A stretch of DNA of 64,000 nucleotides from Clostridiales bacterium (GCA_004554165.1 SFNQ01000020.1:3601-67600), one strand, 5' to 3'; numbered from the stretch's first letter, positions 36,238 through 45,139 are shown. Numbers and translations: made by a program. The notes: generated by a model from the sequence alone, not told the origin.

Positions 36238-36267
36238 GCAGGCAGGAGAATGTCGCCTGCTTTTTTA
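36238..36267 (+). terminator. second rho-independent terminator ~100 nt after the first
   Basis: GCAGGC (36238-36243) pairs with GCCTGC (36255-36260), followed by TTTTTTAA. Confidence 0.65.
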
Positions 36268-36557
36268 AATTCGGGACCTGCTGCGCGCTGTCCCTCCCCG
36301 CCCTTTCCTCTCCTCTGCCGGGCCGGGCCACCTTTCTCGCCGCAATACTCCGGGGCTCCGCATTGGACAAAAACCGCCGCGCCATAGCACTGGCCCCAAA
36401 CGCCGCAAAAAATTCCGCCACAGGAGAAATTGACACAAAGCCGGCTGCCAGGCAGTGCGGCCTTTTGGTGGAAGCGGGCGGAGCGCCGGAAACGAGGCAG
36501 GGTGCAAGCAGCGACACTTGAGAGCGCAATTTTCGAAAAAAAACGTTTCGATTCCCA

Positions 36558-36586
36558 TAGACAAAATGTTTTTTTTCATCTATAAT
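36558..36586 (+). promoter_or_regulatory. sigma-A-type promoter of the FecCD/XdhC operon (-35 TAGACA, 17-nt spacer, -10 TATAAT)
   Basis: TAGACA at 36558-36563 and TATAAT at 36581-36586, within an AT-rich island. Confidence 0.6.
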
Positions 36587-36596
36587 GTCTCCAATG

Positions 36597-36618
36597 GTTA
36601 TTTTTTTGAAAAAATAAC
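36597..36618 (+). promoter_or_regulatory. perfect 10-nt inverted repeat at the predicted transcript start (candidate operator or 5' hairpin)
   Basis: GTTATTTTTT (36597-36606) tg AAAAAATAAC (36609-36618), 11 nt downstream of the -10. Confidence 0.45.
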
Positions 36619-36639
36619 GTTGAGGAACGGATGGTAGGC

Positions 36640-37701
36640 ATGGAAAGAATTCGAAACCGCAAAGGAAGGGAACCGGGGGCGCAGCGCGCAGGCCTTCGTC
36701 CCGTTCGCATGCTGTTTTTTCTCGCGGCAATTCTTCTGGTCATCTTTCTCCTCTCTTTTTCGATCGGGCGGTACGGCGTACCGGCGGATCAGGTTCTTCG
36801 GATTCTGTTCTCCCGCATTTTTCACCTTCCCATTGCCGAGACCTGGACGTCGGAAATGGAAACTGTGGTCATCAACATTCGGCTGCCCCGGATTCTGCTG
36901 GCCTGCCTTGTGGGCTGCTCGCTCTCCGCAGCCGGCGCCTCCTATCAGGGTGTTTTTCAAAATCCGATGGCGGCGCCGGATATCCTCGGCGCATCCAGCG
37001 GCGCAGCTTTTGGCGCGGCGCTGGCCATTCTGTTCGGCGCGGCCAGCGGTATGATTACGCTTTCCGCCTTCCTGTTCAGCATGATTACGGTTCTCGCGGT
37101 TTTCCTGATTGCGCAGCGCGCGCCGGGAGCCCGCGTGGTCAACCTGATTCTTGCCGGCATCATGATCAGCTCCCTGTTCACTGCCGGGACATCCTATATT
37201 AAACTGGTGGCCGACCCCACAAACCAGCTGCCGCAGATCACCTACTGGCTCATGGGCAGTCTTTCCGGGGCAAGGCTTCGGGACATCGGCTTTGTAGCGC
37301 TTCCTCTGGCGCTGGGTCTCGTCCCCCTGCTCCTTCTGCGCTGGCAGATCAATATTCTGACGCTGGGCGACGAGGAGGCGCGCACGCTTGGCATCAACAC
37401 CAATCGGCTGCGTCTCATCGTTATCGTCTGTTCCACGCTTGTCACGGCGGCCAGCGTTTCCGTTTCCGGCATGATCGGCTGGGTCGGGCTTGTGATTCCG
37501 CACCTGTGCCGCAAGCTGGTGGGCAGCAACTACCGCTATCTCATGCCCGCCACCTATCTTGGCGGCGCGGCATTTTTGCTGCTGGTGGACAACCTATCCA
37601 GGAATCTGCTGGCCGTTGAGATTCCCATCGGTATTCTGACCGCCTTTATCGGCGCGCCGTTTTTCATCTACCTGATTTGCAGACGGGAGAAGACGCTGTG
37701 A
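36640..37701 (+). CDS. FecCD-family ABC permease (iron-siderophore/corrinoid type)
   Basis: ATG 36640 is preferred (GAGGAA 12 nt upstream); 36631 and 36709 are alternatives. FecCD signature region RLPRILLACLVGCSLSAAGASYQGVFQNPMAAPDILG. Confidence 0.85.
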   Translation: MERIRNRKGREPGAQRAGLRPVRMLFFLAAILLVIFLLSFSIGRYGVPADQVLRILFSRIFHLPIAETWTSEMETVVINIRLPRILLACLVGCSLSAAGASYQGVFQNPMAAPDILGASSGAAFGAALAILFGAASGMITLSAFLFSMITVLAVFLIAQRAPGARVVNLILAGIMISSLFTAGTSYIKLVADPTNQLPQITYWLMGSLSGARLRDIGFVALPLALGLVPLLLLRWQINILTLGDEEARTLGINTNRLRLIVIVCSTLVTAASVSVSGMIGWVGLVIPHLCRKLVGSNYRYLMPATYLGGAAFLLLVDNLSRNLLAVEIPIGILTAFIGAPFFIYLICRREKTL

Positions 37702-38471
37702 GCATTGTTGTTGAAAAACTGAGCTTTTCCTACTGCACGCGGCCTGTACTCCAGGACGTGAGCTTCTCCGCGGAGAATGGCCGGCTTGTGGCAGTGCTGG
37801 GGCCAAACGGCGTCGGCAAGACAACGCTCTTCCGCTGTATCCTCGGCCTGCAGCGCGGCTATACGGGCAGCATACGGATTGACGGCGCGGACGCCCGCCA
37901 GCTCTCGGCCCGGGAACTGGCGCACCGGGTTGCCTATATCCCCCAGATTCACGCGCAGGCCTTCGGCTTTTCGGTGCTCGATATGGTCTTGATGGGCACA
38001 AGCCACGCCCTCTCCCCCCTCTCCGTACCAAAGCAGGGGGAAACCGACGCGGCCATGGCGGCGTTGGAGCGGCTGGGCATTGCGAAGCTTGCGGCAAAAA
38101 ACTTTAACCATTTGTCCGGCGGCGAGCAGCAGCTGACGCTGATTGCCCGGGCGCTGGCACAGAACGCCCGAACGCTGCTGATGGATGAACCCACCGCTTC
38201 TCTCGACTACGGGAACCAGGCGCATGTGCTCTCCGCGGTGCGCGCGCTGGCCGCCGAGGGATACACGGTCGTCATGTCCACCCACAATCCGCAGCAGGCC
38301 GTCTTTTATGCAGATCTGGCGCTGGCGCTTTTTGAGGGCAGCGTGGCAGCATACGGCGCGCCCAGCGAGGTTATGGACGCCGCGCTCATCGAGCGCCTGT
38401 ACCAGATGCGTATTCATTTGATCGCAACGGAGCAGGGCCCGGTCATCGTGCCCGCAGTTGAGAGGGAGTAG
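37698..38471 (+). CDS. ABC transporter ATP-binding protein (FepC/BtuD-like)
   Basis: GTG 37698 overlaps the permease TGA (GTGA). Walker A GPNGVGKTT, LSGGEQQ, LLMDEPTASLD. Confidence 0.85.
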   Translation: MSIVVEKLSFSYCTRPVLQDVSFSAENGRLVAVLGPNGVGKTTLFRCILGLQRGYTGSIRIDGADARQLSARELAHRVAYIPQIHAQAFGFSVLDMVLMGTSHALSPLSVPKQGETDAAMAALERLGIAKLAAKNFNHLSGGEQQLTLIARALAQNARTLLMDEPTASLDYGNQAHVLSAVRALAAEGYTVVMSTHNPQQAVFYADLALALFEGSVAAYGAPSEVMDAALIERLYQMRIHLIATEQGPVIVPAVERE

Positions 38472-38476
38472 AGCCC

Positions 38477-39232
38477 ATGTTTGTCTGGAGCGAAGAAAAA
38501 ATCCGTTTTTTAAAGGATGCGTCGGAGTATACGCCCTTTAACGACGCCCTCGCGGCCCGCATCGCGCCGCATCTGCCCCCCAATGCGCACCTTCTGGACG
38601 CGGGCTGTGGGCTCGGCTATCTTTCTCTGGCGCTTGCTCCATACTGCGCCAGAGTGACCGCAATGGACGTTTCCGAAAATGCGCTGGCCGTGCTGCGCGA
38701 AAACATTGCTCTGTCGGGGGTGAGGAATATCGATGTGCGCGAGGGCGATGTATTTCATTTGCCGGAGGATTGCCGGTTCGACGCCATGGTATTCTGCTTT
38801 TTCGGCAGCGTTTCGGAAACGCTGGGCTGCATCCGCCGGCATTGCCGCGGCAAGGCTGTTCTATTGAAAAAGAACTGGCAGACCCACCGCTTTACGCTGC
38901 GGGAAACGCCGCTTGCGCGCTTCACCTTCGCCCAGACCTGCGCGGAGCTGCGGGCGCTTGGCGTTCCCCATGAAAGCAGCACCTTTTTCCTTGACATGGG
39001 GCAGCCCTTCCGGACGCCGGAGGATGCGGCGGCTTTCTTCCGAATGAATCGCCGCTCTGCCGCGCCGGATGCGATTACTGTTTCCGAAGTTTCCGACCGT
39101 CTCACCAAAACGGGAGACAGCAGGTTTCCCTACTATCTCCCCGCTGAACGTCCCGTCGGAATGATTCTCATCAATGCAAAGGTACTGCCCGATGCTCTTA
39201 ATACGAATTCAAAGGAGGAAGTGTTATCATGA
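38477..39232 (+). CDS. Class I SAM-dependent methyltransferase embedded in the transporter operon
   Basis: Motif I LLDAGCGLGYLS, and an acidic residue at the end of beta-2 (VTAMDVS). Confidence 0.75.
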   Translation: MFVWSEEKIRFLKDASEYTPFNDALAARIAPHLPPNAHLLDAGCGLGYLSLALAPYCARVTAMDVSENALAVLRENIALSGVRNIDVREGDVFHLPEDCRFDAMVFCFFGSVSETLGCIRRHCRGKAVLLKKNWQTHRFTLRETPLARFTFAQTCAELRALGVPHESSTFFLDMGQPFRTPEDAAAFFRMNRRSAAPDAITVSEVSDRLTKTGDSRFPYYLPAERPVGMILINAKVLPDALNTNSKEEVLS

Positions 39233-40377
39233 AAAAACGTATCACAGCCTGTTTCCTTGCCCTCATCTTTCTGATCGGTTGCCTTGCCTGCGCGCAGCCG
39301 CAGACGCAGCAGAGCACTCAGGTCACCTCGTCGCCCGAGCTTACCGACGCGCCCGCGGCCACGGACGCGCCCGCAGAGCCGGAGCCAGCGGCCCCCGAAA
39401 CCGTTTCGTTTACGGATTCCATCGGGCGCACCGTCACGGTTCCGGCCAAAATTGAAAAAATCGCCGTTTCCGGTCCGCTGGCACAGATCGTTCTCTTTGC
39501 GCTCTGCCCGGACAAATTCGTTGGCATTGCCAACGCCTGGGATGTCTCTGCGGCGCAATTCCTCACAGCGGAATACTATAACCTGCCCGAGCTCGGCCAG
39601 TTCTATGGCGGCAAGGGCGAACTGAATCTGGAGACCCTGCTGGCCAGCGGCGCACAGGTGGTCATCGACGTGGGCGAGCCCAAAGACTCCGCCGTATCGG
39701 ATCTGGACGCCCTGCAGGAACAGACCGGCCTCCCCTTTGTTCATGTTTCCGCGTCCATCGCAACCATGGGCGACGCTTACCGCAAGCTGGGAGAGCTTCT
39801 CGGCCTGGAGGATGAGGCGGAGACGCTCGCCGCCTACTGCGACGACACCTATGCGCGCACCCAGAGCATTGCGCAAAGCGTGGAGAAGGCGAACCTGCTC
39901 TACATCACCGGCGATCAGGGCCTGAACGTCATCGCGCAGAACAGCTACCACGCCGAAATCATCGATCTGCTGTCCAACAATCTTGCGGTTGTGGACGATC
40001 CCTCCAGCAAGGGAACCGGCAACGAGGTGGACATGGAGCAGATTCTCAAATGGAATCCCGATGTGATCCTTTTCGCGCCGGGAAGCATCTATGCAACCGT
40101 TGCGGACGATCCCGTCTGGCAGCAGGTTACGGCCATCAAAAACGGCGCGTATTACGAGGTTCCGCAGGGGCCCTACAACTGGATGGGATTCCCCCCCTCC
40201 GTGCAGCGCTATCTCGGCATGATGTGGATGGCGCAGCTCCTCTATCCCGAAACCGCACAGTATGATCTCTATGCCGAGACGGCAAACTATTTTAAGATGT
40301 TTTATCATTGCGATCTGACGCAGGAGCAGTTTGACGCGCTCGTGCAAAATTCCATCGGCAACCAGCCCGCAGCATAA
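39229..40377 (+). CDS. ABC substrate-binding lipoprotein (periplasmic binding protein type 2, FecB/BtuF-like)
   Basis: ATGA overlap, with AAAGGAGGAA upstream. Lipobox LIGCLAC, a low-complexity linker, and WNPDVILFAPGS, typical of this fold. Confidence 0.8.
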   Translation: MKKRITACFLALIFLIGCLACAQPQTQQSTQVTSSPELTDAPAATDAPAEPEPAAPETVSFTDSIGRTVTVPAKIEKIAVSGPLAQIVLFALCPDKFVGIANAWDVSAAQFLTAEYYNLPELGQFYGGKGELNLETLLASGAQVVIDVGEPKDSAVSDLDALQEQTGLPFVHVSASIATMGDAYRKLGELLGLEDEAETLAAYCDDTYARTQSIAQSVEKANLLYITGDQGLNVIAQNSYHAEIIDLLSNNLAVVDDPSSKGTGNEVDMEQILKWNPDVILFAPGSIYATVADDPVWQQVTAIKNGAYYEVPQGPYNWMGFPPSVQRYLGMMWMAQLLYPETAQYDLYAETANYFKMFYHCDLTQEQFDALVQNSIGNQPAA

Positions 40378-40387
40378 GGAGAGGTTC

Positions 40388-41422
40388 ATGAAAGCCCTGT
40401 TTACCGCAATTCGCGATGCGCTTTCCGGCGGCGGCGACGTCGTTCTCAGCAGCATCATCGCCAGCTCCGGCTCCACGCCCCGCGGCAGCGGCGCAAAGCT
40501 GGCCCTCTTTGCCGACGGTTCCACCAAGGGGACCGTCGGCGGCGGGGCTGTGGAATTTGAAAGCATCAAGCTGGCAAAAAAAGCGATGTCGGAGCGCGCG
40601 GCCTTTTCCCACGGCTTCAATCTCACCAAGAACCAGACCGCTGACATCGGCATGATCTGCGGCGGGCAGGTTGTGGTCTACTTTCAGTATTTTGCCGGCG
40701 GCGACCCGGCGGCCATCCGTCTGTTCGACGGTATCGTATCCCTGTTCGACCGGCACGAGAACGCCTGGCTTGTCACGGAGATCCGGGACGGCGGCGTACA
40801 GCGCATGGACGCCTGCCTGCAGGATGGCAAGCCGCTCTTTGGCAGCGGCATTTCTCAGGAGATGCTCCTGCCGCTGCTCCGCTCCCGGGCGATGCTGCTT
40901 GAGGGGCAGCCCGGCTATTTTGTGGAGCCGCTGACCCGCGCCGAAACCGTCTACGTCTTCGGCGGCGGTCACGTTTCGCAGGAGCTTGTGCCCCTGCTCT
41001 CCCATGTCGGCTTTGCCACGGTCGTATTCGAGGACCGCGAGGCCTTCGCGGATCCTGCGCTCTTTCCGGGCTGCGTGCGCACGGTGGTGGGCCCGTTTGC
41101 CGCGTTTGAAAAGCAGCTCAAGATCACTTGCAGCGACTATATCGTCATCATGACGCGCGGACATCAGGCGGACTTTGAGGTGCTCCATCAGGCGCTCCGG
41201 ACCGAAGCCAGCTATATCGGCGTCATCGGCAGCCGGCACAAGATTGCTATTACCAACCAGCGGCTCATCGACGCCGGCATCCCGGAGGCCGCGCTCTCGC
41301 GTATTCACACGCCCATCGGCCTGCCCATCGGCGCGGAAACGCCGGCGGAGATCGCGGTCAGCATTGCGGCGGAACTCATCGCTCACCGCGCAAAACACAC
41401 GGAGGAATACAAGCATGGCTGA
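40388..41422 (+). CDS. XdhC/CoxI-family accessory protein
   Basis: Start trimmed to MKALFTAIRD, with AAGGAGAGG upstream. N-terminal domain SSGSTPRGSGAKLALFADGSTKGTVGGGAVE. Rossmann-like C-domain VYVFGGGHVSQELVPLL...YIGVIGSRHK. Confidence 0.8.
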   Translation: MKALFTAIRDALSGGGDVVLSSIIASSGSTPRGSGAKLALFADGSTKGTVGGGAVEFESIKLAKKAMSERAAFSHGFNLTKNQTADIGMICGGQVVVYFQYFAGGDPAAIRLFDGIVSLFDRHENAWLVTEIRDGGVQRMDACLQDGKPLFGSGISQEMLLPLLRSRAMLLEGQPGYFVEPLTRAETVYVFGGGHVSQELVPLLSHVGFATVVFEDREAFADPALFPGCVRTVVGPFAAFEKQLKITCSDYIVIMTRGHQADFEVLHQALRTEASYIGVIGSRHKIAITNQRLIDAGIPEAALSRIHTPIGLPIGAETPAEIAVSIAAELIAHRAKHTEEYKHG

Positions 41423-41984
41423 ACCACGGCATATTCTGCTCTGCGGCGCCCGCGGCGTCGGCAAAAGCACCCTGATACAAAAACTCCTTGCCTCCTGTAC
41501 AAGGCCGGTTTCCGGCTTTCTCACAAAGCGCCTCGCGCCGGACGAAACCGGGTTTCACCCGATCTACATTCACCCCGCCGGGCTTGCCGAAGCCCAGCGG
41601 AAGTACAGCGCCCGGAACCTGATCGGCACCTGCGATTCCCGCGTTCATAACGTTTTTCCCGAGGTGTTCGACGGCCTTGGGGTGCAGTACCTGACGGCAG
41701 CCCGGCCCGACAGCGTCATTGTCATGGACGAGCTGGGCTTTATGGAGTCACAGGCCAGTCTCTTTACCGGGGAGGTGCTTCGCGCGCTGGATGGAAGCAT
41801 TCCCGTCATCGCCGCAGTGAAGGACCGCACGGACATTCCCTTTTTAAACGCGGTTCGTGCGCATAAAAACGCGACGGTCTATTCCATCGACGCGGAAAAC
41901 CGCGACGCCCTGTACGAGCGCCTTCTGCCAATTCTCCGCGCCTGGAACGGGGAAGGCTGTCCAAAGCAGCAACCCTCCCAATAA
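41415..41984 (+). CDS. THEP1-like P-loop nucleoside-triphosphatase
   Basis: Start trimmed to MAEPRHILLCGARGVGKSTLIQKLL (8-nt overlap with xdhC, GGAGGAA upstream). Walker B VIVMDELG. SGFLTKRL....GF matches the NTPase_1 pattern. Confidence 0.7.
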   Translation: MAEPRHILLCGARGVGKSTLIQKLLASCTRPVSGFLTKRLAPDETGFHPIYIHPAGLAEAQRKYSARNLIGTCDSRVHNVFPEVFDGLGVQYLTAARPDSVIVMDELGFMESQASLFTGEVLRALDGSIPVIAAVKDRTDIPFLNAVRAHKNATVYSIDAENRDALYERLLPILRAWNGEGCPKQQPSQ

Positions 41985-42074
41985 AGCGATGGCCGGGACG
42001 ATGTCCCCCCCGCCGGCCAGTTGGGACCGCGCCGCGCCTGTGTGGGATTGATGGAAGCGGCGCCCCGGACAGCA

Positions 42075-42120
42075 GCGGACGGCACGGAAACGTTCTGTGC
42101 CGTCCGCATCTTTCTTTTTT
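42075..42120 (+). terminator. rho-independent terminator of the FecCD/XdhC operon
   Basis: GCGGACGGCAC (42075-42085) pairs with GTGCCGTCCGC (42097-42107), followed by ATCTTTCTTTTTT. Confidence 0.85.
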
Positions 42121-42851
42121 GGGCTCACCCTTTCGATCCGGCCCGTCGAACAAAGAACGCCTTGGGACGTTTCTGCTTTTCGTCGCCGAAATTCCCTCCA
42201 ATACGCCCTGCGTTGCCCGGTTCTGACCTTATCCCATTTCTCTGATACATGTTTTTAGCACCCCATTTGGCCACCCCCCAGTTTTTCACAATGCGGAATG
42301 TATTTTCTGCATTATGATACTGACTTTCCGTATTACGAAACTTTTTGCTTGCCGCGGCGCTCCGTTTGCGTTATCGTTATTATCATAAGATACAGTGCAA
42401 TCTGGCAGGGTTGCGGGGCTGCGACACCGATTGATCGGGAAATTCCAACCGCTACGCGCTTTCGACCAGGAAAACACAGGACAGTAGTACGGCACAAGAC
42501 GGACCGAATTGCGCCAGAACGGCATTTCAGGCAACAACGCCCACTGCCCCGCAACAGCTTAAAAGGCCTTTGCGCCGCATCGTTTGCAGAATACGGAACA
42601 TGCAAGCGGAAACTCCTACCCCTGGTTAAAAAAGACCCTCCCTCCAAAATGGCTTTGACCCGAAAGAATTTTCCGGGCGCTTTATTATTAAGAAGCGCCC
42701 CAGCCCACGCTAATCCACCCAATAAAACCCTGCCTCCCTTCCCGTGATCGTTCCCCCCAACCCGATGCGGGACGCAACAGCCACCAAAGATTCCAACGCT
42801 CTGTCAATGGGCGTTCGGATAAAAGGAAACAGAACAAGGAGGATTTGCGAA

Positions 42852-43919
42852 ATGAAAAAGATACTCGTTTGGCTGCTTGTAATGGCCATGGTCTTCGCGC
42901 TCGTCGGCTGCGGCAAGAGCGCAGAGCCCGCGACCGAAGCGCCCACGACCGAAGCGCCCGCCGGGGCTGCCCCAGCGCCGGCAAGCGGCAAGGACCCGAA
43001 GGACATGAAGATTGTTGCGCTCCTGCCCGGCACCATCACGGATAACGGCTGGAACTTCATCTGCTACGACGCGCTGAAGTCCATCTGCAACGAGTACATG
43101 GACGGCAAGGAACCGGAATACATCGAGAACATCGCTGTTTCCGATATGGCCGGCTACATCCGTCAGTACGGCGAGGATGGATATGACATGGTCATCATCC
43201 ATGGCGCGCAGTTTGAAGCGGCCGCCGTTGAGAACGCGCCCCTTTATCCCGAGACCAAGTTCTGCCTGTCCTACGGCTTTAAGATTGACGGCTCCACGGA
43301 TCAGAACATCAAGGCAATCGACAACCTGGCATATGTTGGCCCGGTGGGCATGGGCGTTGCGATCGGCGGCATCATGGGCATTCTGACCGACTCCAACAAG
43401 GTGGTCTTCCTGGGCGGCATGGATACCCCCGCCATCTCGGATATCACCAGCGGCATCGTTCCCGGCGTCAAGCTGACCAACCCCGACGCAACGGCAACCA
43501 CCGAGTACCTCGGCACGCTGACCGACCAGGACAAGGCGCGGGAAGCCGCCAAGGCCTACATCGACCAGGGCTACGACGTGGTCTGCGCCTCTGCCAACAG
43601 CGCGCAGCTGGGCTGCCTCTGGGCCGCTCAGGATGCGGGCGTCTACGCCCTCGGCTTCAACAGCGATCAGTACAGCATTGCGCCGGATGCGGTGGTTCTC
43701 TCCGTCATGCGCAACTACACCATGATCTACAAGGACGTGTTCGATAAGCTGGTTGCCGGCGAGTGGACCTCCGGCAAGGTCGCCTATGAACTCAATCAGG
43801 GCGGCACCCTCGTGTCCGAATGGCACGGCTGGGACGAGAAGCTCCCCAAGGAGAAGGTTGACGCCATCAATGAGTTTCTCGCCAAACTGTTCAACGGCGA
43901 GTACGAGGGACAGTATTGA
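42852..43919 (+). CDS. BMP-family (PnrA/Med-like) nucleoside-binding ABC lipoprotein
   Basis: Start trimmed to MKKILVWLLVMAMVFALVGCG, with AAGGAGG upstream. LLPGTITDNGWN is typical of BMP proteins. Confidence 0.85.
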   Translation: MKKILVWLLVMAMVFALVGCGKSAEPATEAPTTEAPAGAAPAPASGKDPKDMKIVALLPGTITDNGWNFICYDALKSICNEYMDGKEPEYIENIAVSDMAGYIRQYGEDGYDMVIIHGAQFEAAAVENAPLYPETKFCLSYGFKIDGSTDQNIKAIDNLAYVGPVGMGVAIGGIMGILTDSNKVVFLGGMDTPAISDITSGIVPGVKLTNPDATATTEYLGTLTDQDKAREAAKAYIDQGYDVVCASANSAQLGCLWAAQDAGVYALGFNSDQYSIAPDAVVLSVMRNYTMIYKDVFDKLVAGEWTSGKVAYELNQGGTLVSEWHGWDEKLPKEKVDAINEFLAKLFNGEYEGQY

Positions 43920-43950
43920 TCGAGAGCCGGTAGCGGTTTGAGATAACGAC

Positions 43951-43982
43951 ACGGCGGCCTTGCCTCTGTGCAGGACCGCCGT
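43951..43982 (+). terminator. intercistronic stem-loop after the binding-protein gene (possible attenuator)
   Basis: ACGGCGG (43951-43957) pairs with CCGCCGT (43976-43982). The T-tract is weak. Confidence 0.35.
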
Positions 43983-44033
43983 CTGTGCTTTAGGGGAGTT
44001 CTTTCTCCGGACAGACCTGAAAGTTGAGAGAAC

Positions 44034-45128
44034 ATGAAAAAAAGCGATTCTACAAAATTGAAAGCCACGATGGACGGCGTACTGCGGCAGTGCCTCGTGT
44101 CGGTCTCCGCAGTCATCGTCGCCATTCTGCTTGGCATGCTGCTGATCCTGCTGATGGGCAAAAATCCCATCGTGGCCTTCAGCGCGCTGCTGCAGGGTGC
44201 GTTTGGCAGCATGAATTCCTTCGCGGAAACGCTGGTGAAGGTCACGCCGCTGCTGTTCACCGGCATCAGCTATGCGCTGGCCAACCGCTGCGGCCTGACC
44301 AACCTGGGCATGGAAGGCCAGATGTATATGGGCGCTCTGGCTGCGGCAGCGGTGGGTATCTTTGTTGAGGTTCCGGCAGCGCTTCACATCCCGCTTTGCA
44401 TCCTCGCCGGCTTTATCGGCGGCGGCCTGTGGGGCCTTCTCGCCGGCTGGCTGAAGGTGAAGTTTGGCGCGTCTGAGATCATCACCACCGTCATGCTCAA
44501 CACCATCGCCATCTATTTCATCGAGTTCATGGTCACGGATCCTGCGCGCATGATGGAGCCCGGCGGAGTCAGCGGCCAGTCCAGCCCGCTGACGGACAGC
44601 GCAAAGCTCTCCATCCTGCTCCCGAATACGCGCGCGCACTGGGGCATCATGATCGGACTGCTCTGCATCGTGCTGTTCTGGCTGTTCCTCTGGCGCAGCA
44701 AGAAGGGTTACGAGGTTCGCGTGTCCGGCTTTAACATGCAGGCTGCCGCCTATTCCGGCATCAACACCAGCCGCAACATCCTCCTCGTGATGCTCCTTGC
44801 GGGCGGCGTCGCAGGCCTTGCGGGCGCCAGCGAGGTTATGGGCGTTCAGGGCCGCCTGTATGCGGGCTTCTCCCCGGGATACGGTTTCGACGGCATCGCC
44901 GTTGCGCTCATCGGTATGAACTCGCCCATCGGCATCATCTTTGGCGCGCTGCTGTTCGGCGCATTCCGCGCAGGCGGCAACCGCATGCAGATGAAGGCCT
45001 ATGTGCCCTTCTCGATTGTAAACGTCATCCAGGCAATCGTCATCTTTGCCGTGGTGGCAAGCCAGATGCTGCTTGAGATCTGGAGCGAACGCCAGCTCAA
45101 AAAGCAGCCGAAGCAGCAGGACGCGTGA
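44034..45128 (+). CDS. ABC permease (BMP/nucleoside system, subunit 1)
   Basis: A multi-pass membrane protein of 364 aa, positioned between the BMP binding protein and the second permease. Confidence 0.85.
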   Translation: MKKSDSTKLKATMDGVLRQCLVSVSAVIVAILLGMLLILLMGKNPIVAFSALLQGAFGSMNSFAETLVKVTPLLFTGISYALANRCGLTNLGMEGQMYMGALAAAAVGIFVEVPAALHIPLCILAGFIGGGLWGLLAGWLKVKFGASEIITTVMLNTIAIYFIEFMVTDPARMMEPGGVSGQSSPLTDSAKLSILLPNTRAHWGIMIGLLCIVLFWLFLWRSKKGYEVRVSGFNMQAAAYSGINTSRNILLVMLLAGGVAGLAGASEVMGVQGRLYAGFSPGYGFDGIAVALIGMNSPIGIIFGALLFGAFRAGGNRMQMKAYVPFSIVNVIQAIVIFAVVASQMLLEIWSERQLKKQPKQQDA

Positions 45129-45139
45129 GGAGGTAGCAA

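Noticed and set aside
36590-36710. A cobalamin riboswitch in front of the FecCD/BtuCD-like transporter
   Set aside because: The predicted leader is only ~40-50 nt long. AAAGGAAGGGAACC superficially resembles part of the B12 element, but the B12 box and the GGUG..AAUCC blocks are absent.
36005-36730. A 241-aa minus-strand ORF covering the 540-bp gap before the FecCD operon
   Set aside because: It has no SD and its composition is junk-like. It runs through two + strand terminators and the promoter, so I treat the region as non-coding.
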